From Cytophagales bacterium (GTDB lineage: Bacteria > Bacteroidota > Bacteroidia > Cytophagales > Microscillaceae), in the NCBI GenBank assembly GCA_031425615.1, contig JANPJR010000030.1, positions 18,492 through 82,491 on the forward strand: a stretch of 64,000 nt of DNA, read 5' to 3'. Below are positions 57,874 to 64,000 of the stretch, one piece after another. A program made the position numbers and the translations under genes. The notes under the pieces were generated by a model. That model saw only the letters and a list, made by a program, of their open reading frames with translations. It was not told where the DNA came from and ran no database searches. Positions within the stretch are counted from its first letter, which is position 1, and the number at the start of each line of letters is the position of its first letter.

Positions 57874-60800
57874 TTATTCTAAATTTTTGTTTATTTTTTT
57901 GCTTTTTGCAAAATACACATACATTGCAGGAATTACATATAGCGTAAGCACAAGCGAAAAAAACAATCCACCTACAATCACTACGCCCAAAGGCACACGA
58001 CTTTGCGCCCCAGCACCCAACGCCAACGCAATAGGCAACGCCCCCAAAATAGTGGCAAGTGAAGTCATCAAAATAGGTCTTAAACGTGCCACAGCACCTT
58101 CAAGCATAGCATTATATTTGTCTAAGTGGTCATGTTCTTGTTTTTGATTGGCAAATTCTACCATCATAATTCCATTTTTTGTAACCAACCCAATAAGCAT
58201 AATCATACCAATTTGCGAAAAAATATTTAAGGTTTGACCATAAATCCAAAGCGAAAACAACGCCCCAGCCAACGCCAAAGGCACAGTAAAAAGGATAATA
58301 AAAGGGTCAATAAAACTCTCAAATTGGGCAGCAAGAATCAAATAAATCAATACCAACGCCAATATAAATGCAAAAGAAGTATTGCTTGCACTCTCTGCGA
58401 AATCTCTTGAAGGTCCTGAAAGGTCAGTATTGAAACTATCGTCTAATAGTTTTTTGCCAATTTTTCGCATGGTTTCTATGCCTTCACCAAGTGTTTTATT
58501 GGGGGCAAGGCTGGCACTTATGGTGGCAGATTTGAAACGGTTAAAGTGAAACAATTGCGGTGGATTACTGATTTCTTGCATTTTTACCACATTGTCAAGT
58601 TGTATCATTTCGCCACGTGAATTGCGTACATAAAAAGATTTCAAATCCAACGGTTCATCACGGTTATTCCTATCTACTTGTGCAATTACTTGGTATTGCT
58701 TGCCTTTCATAATAAAATATCCTAATCTTCTGCCACTCAAAGCAAGTTGGAGAATATTATTGATATCCAATACCGAAATACCCAATTCAGTAGCTTTTAG
58801 GCGGTCAATGGTAATTTCTAACTCGGGTTTATTAAATTTCAAATTGCCATCAACATTGCCAAAAGTGCCACTTTTGCGGGCTTCTTCTAAAAATTTTGGA
58901 AGAATTTCTTGTAATTTTTGAAAATCAAAATTTTGGATTACAAACTGCACAGGCAACTGAAAACCTGCGGAAAGGCTTGTAGAAATTGTTTGCTCTTGGT
59001 TTGGAAAAATACGTGCTTCGGGATAACGCCTAAAAATTTTGGTCAATTTTTCGTATATTTGTTGTTGTGAAAGCCCCCTTTCTTCAGGGTCTTTTAGCAC
59101 CAAATTAACAAAACCCGAATTGCCACTACCTGCTGCCCCAAATGAAGGTGAAGTACCACCAAATACCATGCGTTGCTCAGGCACACTGTCCAATACAACT
59201 TGTGTAAGTTTGGTAATGAGTTTTTCCATGTAATCAAAATCCGTTCCTTCAGGAGCGGTTACAGGTGTGCGAATAACACCCCTATCCTCCAAAGGAGCAA
59301 GCTCGGATTTGAGGCTTCCACCTACAAAGTAAATTACCCCAAAACATCCTACAACCAATACCCAAGCAATCCATTTTATATTAAGAAAAAATGACAAACT
59401 TTGTCTATATCCATTGTCCAAAGCCTTAAAAAATGGTTCTGTAAAATGATAAAACCAAGAACGTTTTGTGCTATTGCCCCCAAGATATACATTCAATACA
59501 GGCGTAAGTGTCAAAGATACAAAAGCAGAAATCAATACCGCCCCAGCTACCACAATACCAAATTCACGAAATAGTCGCCCTGTAAAACCTTGTAAAAAAA
59601 TCACTGGAATAAACACCACCGCAAGCGTAATAGAGGTAGAAATTACCGCAAAAAATATTTCTTTTGAGCCTTCTATAGTAGCGTCCCATTTAGATTTACC
59701 TTCTTCTATTTTTTTAAAAATATTTTCTGTAACCACAATCCCATCATCTACTACCAATCCTGTAGCCAACACAATACCCAACATCGTAAGTACATTGATG
59801 GAAAACCCAAAAACATACATCACAAAAAAAGTGCCTATCAAGGACACAGGAATATCTATCAATGGACGAATCGCCACAACCCAATCCCTAAAAAATAGAT
59901 ACACAATCAAAATTACCAATATTAAGGCAATAATAAGTGTTTCTGCTACTTCTTCAATAGATTTGCGAACAAACTTGGATTTGTCAATGCCTACATCAAT
60001 AATAATATCAGCAGGCAATTCTTTTTTTATTTGTTCAAATCTTTTATAAAAATCATCTGCAATCTGAACATAATTAGAACCAGGCTGTGGAATAAGTGCT
60101 AAGGAAACACCATTTACATTATTGCGTTTTATGGCAGTTTCTTCATTTTCAGAGCCTAAAATAACCTCTCCTACATCTTTAAAGCGAATAATTTGGGTAT
60201 TATTTTGGCGAATAATCAACTCCTCAAAATCTTTTTCAGTGAGCAAACGCCCAAAAGTTTTTACCGTAAGTTCTGTGTTATCACCTCTTATTTTTCCGCT
60301 TGGGAGTTCAATATTTTCTCTGTCTAAGGCATTTTTAATGTCTTGAATAGTAAGACTGTATGCAGAAAGTCTCGCAGGGTTAATCCAAAGACGCATAGCA
60401 GGTCTGCGTAATCCAAAAACTTGTACTTGGCTAATACCTTTGATGGTTTGTAATTTTTCCACAAGTACATTTTCTGCAAAATCACTTAATTCTACTACAT
60501 TTCTTGTGGTACTTTGCACAGGCATAAAAATAATAGGGTCACCATTGGCATCAGCTTTTGCAACCACAGGCGGAGCATCTATATCTTGTGGCAGGTTGCG
60601 GACTGCTTGTGATACTTTATCACGTACATCATTGGTTGCTTGTTCCAAATCTACACCCAAATCAAATTCTACGGTAATATTACTTGAACCCAACGCACTC
60701 GCAGAAGAAATACTTTTGATGCCTTGTACGCCATTGATAGCACGCTCCAAAGGCTCTGTAATTTGTGATTCTATAATGTCAGGGTTTGCCCCTGTGTAGG

Positions 60801-60948
60801 CAGTTCTTACACTGATAGTAGGTGGGTCAATCGCAGGATATTCACGCACACCAAGATAATAATACCCAAGTCCCCCAAAAAGGATTATCATAACATTCAT
60901 GACAACCGCAAAAACAGGGCGACGTACAGATAATTCACTTATATTCAT
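57874..60948 (-). CDS. RND-family efflux transporter permease (AcrB/HAE1-like), no adjacent MFP or OMF genes
   Basis: 12-TM RND topology with two large periplasmic loops. Conserved GLVVDDGIVVTENIF-type motif region and a C-terminal TM bundle. ATG at 60948 (MNISELSVRRPVFA...). The track ORF extends to 60993. Confidence 0.9.
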   Translation of the reverse strand: MNISELSVRRPVFAVVMNVMIILFGGLGYYYLGVREYPAIDPPTISVRTAYTGANPDIIESQITEPLERAINGVQGIKSISSASALGSSNITVEFDLGVDLEQATNDVRDKVSQAVRNLPQDIDAPPVVAKADANGDPIIFMPVQSTTRNVVELSDFAENVLVEKLQTIKGISQVQVFGLRRPAMRLWINPARLSAYSLTIQDIKNALDRENIELPSGKIRGDNTELTVKTFGRLLTEKDFEELIIRQNNTQIIRFKDVGEVILGSENEETAIKRNNVNGVSLALIPQPGSNYVQIADDFYKRFEQIKKELPADIIIDVGIDKSKFVRKSIEEVAETLIIALILVILIVYLFFRDWVVAIRPLIDIPVSLIGTFFVMYVFGFSINVLTMLGIVLATGLVVDDGIVVTENIFKKIEEGKSKWDATIEGSKEIFFAVISTSITLAVVFIPVIFLQGFTGRLFREFGIVVAGAVLISAFVSLTLTPVLNVYLGGNSTKRSWFYHFTEPFFKALDNGYRQSLSFFLNIKWIAWVLVVGCFGVIYFVGGSLKSELAPLEDRGVIRTPVTAPEGTDFDYMEKLITKLTQVVLDSVPEQRMVFGGTSPSFGAAGSGNSGFVNLVLKDPEERGLSQQQIYEKLTKIFRRYPEARIFPNQEQTISTSLSAGFQLPVQFVIQNFDFQKLQEILPKFLEEARKSGTFGNVDGNLKFNKPELEITIDRLKATELGISVLDINNILQLALSGRRLGYFIMKGKQYQVIAQVDRNNRDEPLDLKSFYVRNSRGEMIQLDNVVKMQEISNPPQLFHFNRFKSATISASLAPNKTLGEGIETMRKIGKKLLDDSFNTDLSGPSRDFAESASNTSFAFILALVLIYLILAAQFESFIDPFIILFTVPLALAGALFSLWIYGQTLNIFSQIGMIMLIGLVTKNGIMMVEFANQKQEHDHLDKYNAMLEGAVARLRPILMTSLATILGALPIALALGAGAQSRVPLGVVIVGGLFFSLVLTLYVIPAMYVYFAKSKKINKNLE

Positions 60949-61317
60949 TTGATAGTTAAAAAGATAGTATTTGTTTTGTTGTTGTTTTTTCAAAAAAACC
61001 TTTTTATAAAATTATAAGTTCAATCAAACATTGGCTAATGGTTGAAATAGCATTTTTTTAACAAAAAGAACACCATAAAACCAAAAGAAATATTGTATTC
61101 AATGTTGTTCTAAGTTTGTAATTTTTTTCAAAACTTTGATTTTTAATGTTTTTTTAGAAAAAAACCACTCATTCTATCGTTTTCTGTGTTAAAAATACAA
61201 ATTGATGTGAATTTATAAAAACTGACAACTTAAAAACTGATAACTGACAACTTGGGTTAATTTATTTTCATTTTATTTAAAAAAAGTATATTTTTGCTTT
61301 TTAATTACAAAAAAATT

Positions 61318-62817
61318 ATGGCAAAAAAGATAGAAATCACACCTGAACAAAAACGTTTTGAGGAAATTATTGCACACGCAAAAGCTTACGGTTTTGTATT
61401 CCCTTCAAGCGAATTGTATGACGGTTTGCAAGCAGTATATGACTACGGACAAAACGGTGCGCAACTCAAAAATAACCTCAAACAAGTGTGGTGGCGTGCT
61501 ATGACACAAATGAACGAGGACATCGTGGGTATTGATGCAGCAATATTTATGCACCCTGAAGTGTGGAAAGCGTCTGGACATGTGGATAATTTTAACGACC
61601 CAATGACCGACAACAAAGATAGCAAAAAACGCTATCGTGTAGACCACCTAATTGAAAAAAAAATAGACGCACTCAAAGCTGAAAATAAAACTGAAGAAGC
61701 CCAAAAATTAGAGCAAGAAATGGAATCATTGCTCAAAGTAGAAAATTTTGAAGGATTATACAACCTGATTGTTGCCCAAAATATCAAATGTGAAATATCT
61801 GGTACTTGTAATTGGACAGAAGTAAGGCAGTTTAATCTCATGTTTTCTACGGAAATGGGTGCAATAGCTGACGAAAATAGTAAGATTTATCTGCGTCCTG
61901 AAACTGCACAAGGTATTTTTGTTAATTTTCTAAACGTGCAAAAAACAAGCGGTAGAAAAATTCCTTTTGGTATTGCTCAAATTGGTAAAGCATTTAGAAA
62001 TGAAATTGTAGCAAGACAATTTATTTTTAGAATGAGAGAATTTGAACAAATGGAAATGCAATATTTTGTACGCCCAACAACCGAAATGGACGCTTACAAT
62101 CGCTGGAAATCAACTCGCATGAATTTTTTACACGCATTAGGCATCAATCCTGAAAAATTGCGTTTTCATGACCATATCAAACTCGCCCATTATGCCAATG
62201 CTGCGGTGGATATTGAGTATGAATTTCCGTTTGGATTTAAAGAATTGGAAGGCATACATTCACGCACTGATTTTGACCTTACACAACATCAAAAACATTC
62301 ACGCAACAAAATTATATATTTTGACGAACAAGTAGAGGACAAAGACAAACAACGCTACACACCTTATGTGGTGGAGACTTCCATAGGTGCGGACAGATTG
62401 TTTTTGGCAATTCTCTGCGAAGCATATACCGAAACAAAAGGTGTTGATGCCAAAGGCGAAGAAAAAACACGTCTTTTTCTCAAACTTCACCCTGCGATTG
62501 CGCCTATTAAAGTGGCGGTTTTCCCATTATTGAACAAAGACGGTTTGCCTGAAAAAGCAAGAGAAGTATTTGAAATGTTGCGTTATGACCACGAAACTTT
62601 GTATGAGAATAGAGGTGCAATAGGCAAAAATTATACACGTATGGACATGATTGGTACGCCTTATTGCGTTACGATTGACCACCAAACATTGGAGGACAAC
62701 ACTATTACGCTTAGGGACAGGGACACTACTGACCAAGTACGCATTAATATTGTAGATTTGCCTGCAATAGTGGAGGAAAAAGTATCTTTGAAAAATATTT
62801 TGAAAAAATTAAAATAA
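61318..62817 (+). CDS. glyQS: Glycine--tRNA ligase, dimeric class II type (GlyQS)
   Basis: Class II motif 2 (FRNEIVARQFIFRMREFEQMEMQYF), motif 3 region, and a C-terminal anticodon-binding domain. ATG at 61318. The track ORF begins at TTG 61294. Confidence 0.9.
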   Translation: MAKKIEITPEQKRFEEIIAHAKAYGFVFPSSELYDGLQAVYDYGQNGAQLKNNLKQVWWRAMTQMNEDIVGIDAAIFMHPEVWKASGHVDNFNDPMTDNKDSKKRYRVDHLIEKKIDALKAENKTEEAQKLEQEMESLLKVENFEGLYNLIVAQNIKCEISGTCNWTEVRQFNLMFSTEMGAIADENSKIYLRPETAQGIFVNFLNVQKTSGRKIPFGIAQIGKAFRNEIVARQFIFRMREFEQMEMQYFVRPTTEMDAYNRWKSTRMNFLHALGINPEKLRFHDHIKLAHYANAAVDIEYEFPFGFKELEGIHSRTDFDLTQHQKHSRNKIIYFDEQVEDKDKQRYTPYVVETSIGADRLFLAILCEAYTETKGVDAKGEEKTRLFLKLHPAIAPIKVAVFPLLNKDGLPEKAREVFEMLRYDHETLYENRGAIGKNYTRMDMIGTPYCVTIDHQTLEDNTITLRDRDTTDQVRINIVDLPAIVEEKVSLKNILKKLK

Positions 62818-62825
62818 AAAAAATG

Positions 62826-62922
62826 CCCCTGACCCCAAAGGGGAATAAGTCCAAAAGTGGAATAAATACACTTAATCATTATCATTCTTTAATTTATTGT
62901 TCCTCCTTTGGGGTTAGGGTCT
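62826..62922. repeat. Pair of inverted REP-like GC-rich hairpin motifs (~100-bp palindromic unit) downstream of glyQS
   Basis: GCCCCTGACCCCAAAGGGGAATAAG at 62826-62849 and its inverted counterpart TTCCTCCTTTGGGGTTAGGGTC at 62900-62922. Confidence 0.7.
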
Positions 62923-62931
62923 TCTATTCTC

Positions 62932-63267
62932 ATGTTTCTCTATCGTCCTGTAAATCAAGCAGAATTAGATTTGGTTAAGGCAAGCGATTGGTTGGCATTT
63001 CCGCCTCGTTTGCCAGAGCAACCTATTTTTTACCCAGTTACAAACCTTGCGTATGCGTGCAAAATCTCCTTAGAATGGAATGTACCAGCATACAAGAAAA
63101 GCTATGTGCTAAAATTTGAAGTTGCTGATGATTTTTTGAAAAATTATGAAATCCAAAATGTAGGTGGCGAAGGCATTGATGAATATTGGATTCCTGCACA
63201 AGATTTGCCACTTTTTAATGCAAATATTTTACAAAAAATTGAAATTGTAGAAACCCACGAAGAATAA
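62932..63267 (+). CDS. Hypothetical small protein (112 aa)
   Basis: ATG at 62932 (MFLYRPVNQAELDLV...). The track ORF's TTG start at 62908 lies within the REP-like motif. No domain recognised. Confidence 0.4.
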   Translation: MFLYRPVNQAELDLVKASDWLAFPPRLPEQPIFYPVTNLAYACKISLEWNVPAYKKSYVLKFEVADDFLKNYEIQNVGGEGIDEYWIPAQDLPLFNANILQKIEIVETHEE

Positions 63268-63282
63268 AAAGTTTAAAAAATA

Positions 63283-63573
63283 GTTTTTATAAAAATTTCC
63301 TCACTACTATACAGATTTTTAAAAAATACATTCAAAACACAGGAAAAAGGCTTTTTTTGAATATTTTTTACTAAAAAATAATACGTTTCTTTGAAAAACT
63401 AAAACAAATATGGTGTTTAACATTGTTACCAGTTTGTAATTTTTCAAAAAAATCAGGGTCAGACCTCCGTAAACTACGATACAGCCCCAATTTTTCGAAA
63501 AATGTTATTATTGTGTTTAAAGCGTTTCAAAGTGCTTTTTTTAAAAATTCTGAAAAAATGTATAGTAGTAAGC
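63283..63573 (-). mobile_element. MITE-like non-autonomous element, copy 2 (inverted relative to copy 1)
   Basis: Its reverse complement aligns with 14945..15235 at ~93% identity, including both terminal inverted repeats (CCTCACTACTATACAG ... ATGTATAGTAGTAAGC). Confidence 0.55.
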
Positions 63574-63597
63574 TAATCTATAATCCATAATCTCTTT

Positions 63598-64000
63598 CTA
63601 AAACTCCAATTCTGTTCTTGGCAATATCTCCCTTGCTTGTTGTTTTTCTTTATCAATAAGGGCGTTGCCACGCAGATTAATCACTTTTAGTTTTTTGAGC
63701 AGATTTATCACTTCTGGGATATGCGACAAGCCCATTTTAGACATTTCTAAGGTTTGTAGATTTGGGATTTTGCTGACAGTTTCAATTGTTTTTCGCATAT
63801 CAAGGCTAATATTTCCGCTAATGTCCAATAAACTTAGGCTATCAAGTTGTGTAATATTTTCGTGTAAGAGATTTAGGCGATTTTTTGCAAGTCGCAAAAC
63901 TCTGAGTTCTCTAAGTCCATTAATTTCTCTTGGAATATCAGTAAGTTCATTATTTCTGAGGTCTAATTCTTGGAGGTCTTTCAATTCTCCAATTTCAGGG
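63598..64000 (-). CDS. Leucine-rich-repeat (LRR) protein, C-terminal part (gene continues beyond window end)
   Basis: LxxLxLxxNxLxxIPxEI repeats (LRELRVLRLAKNRLNLL, LDSLSLLDISGN, LQTLEMSKMGLSHIPEVI, LKVINLRGNAL). The frame stays open and LRR-like (PEIGEL) up to base 64000. Confidence 0.7.
   Translation of the reverse strand, partial: PEIGELKDLQELDLRNNELTDIPREINGLRELRVLRLAKNRLNLLHENITQLDSLSLLDISGNISLDMRKTIETVSKIPNLQTLEMSKMGLSHIPEVINLLKKLKVINLRGNALIDKEKQQAREILPRTELEF

Noticed and set aside
1-64000. Search for transposase, integrase, phage structural genes, rRNA, tmRNA, RNase P or SRP RNA
   Set aside because: None recognised in any frame or intergenic region. The MITE-like copies therefore appear non-autonomous, and the ATPase/Toprim cassette is not part of an obvious prophage.

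Overview
This window is a 64-kb stretch of a low-GC, AT-rich, Bacteroidota-like chromosome. The assignment rests on T9SS-type outer-membrane beta-barrel genes, several large OmpA-family proteins with TPR, PD40 or thrombospondin-type-3 repeats, an LRR protein, an ECF sigma/anti-sigma pair and a SpoIIE-type phosphatase. I call about 55 protein-coding genes and one tRNA-Val. Most are housekeeping or envelope functions: a class A PBP, MenB, pyrF, trpF, glyQS, two adk paralogs, an E2 acyltransferase, an aldehyde dehydrogenase, two acyl-CoA dehydrogenases, hbd, NupC, an RND pump, a DppB-like permease, and an M23 peptidase next to a bactofilin. The candidate for an undescribed system is a two-gene cassette at 50091..51987. 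It encodes an ABC-type AAA_21-like ATPase followed by a small Toprim-like (DUF4276/RloB-like) protein. It sits exactly between imperfect direct repeats, between nupC and a lipoprotein gene, and has the architecture of split OLD/PARIS/AbiL-type antiphage modules. Other non-coding and accessory features: (1) two inverted, ~93%-identical copies of a ~290-bp MITE-like element with ~16-bp terminal inverted repeats. (2) A family of about 10 copies of a GC-rich ~24-nt hairpin motif (TTCCCCCTTTGGGAGTTAGGGGGC) placed right after stop codons, sometimes as inverted pairs. (3) A dispersed 3'-end motif, CAGTT(G/A)TCAGTTTTTT, at 14 or more intergenic sites. (4) Heptamer tandem repeats that abut or overlap stop codons. 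(5) An HTH-WYL regulator whose 3' end overlaps a lipoprotein gene. (6) A NADAR protein in a cluster of secreted proteins and a glycosyltransferase. (7) Tandem adenylate kinase paralogs. I found no rRNA, CRISPR array, transposase or integrase. Hand-counted coordinates (tRNA, repeats, alternative starts) may be off by a base or two. Family assignments come from motifs I recognise by eye, not from searches.
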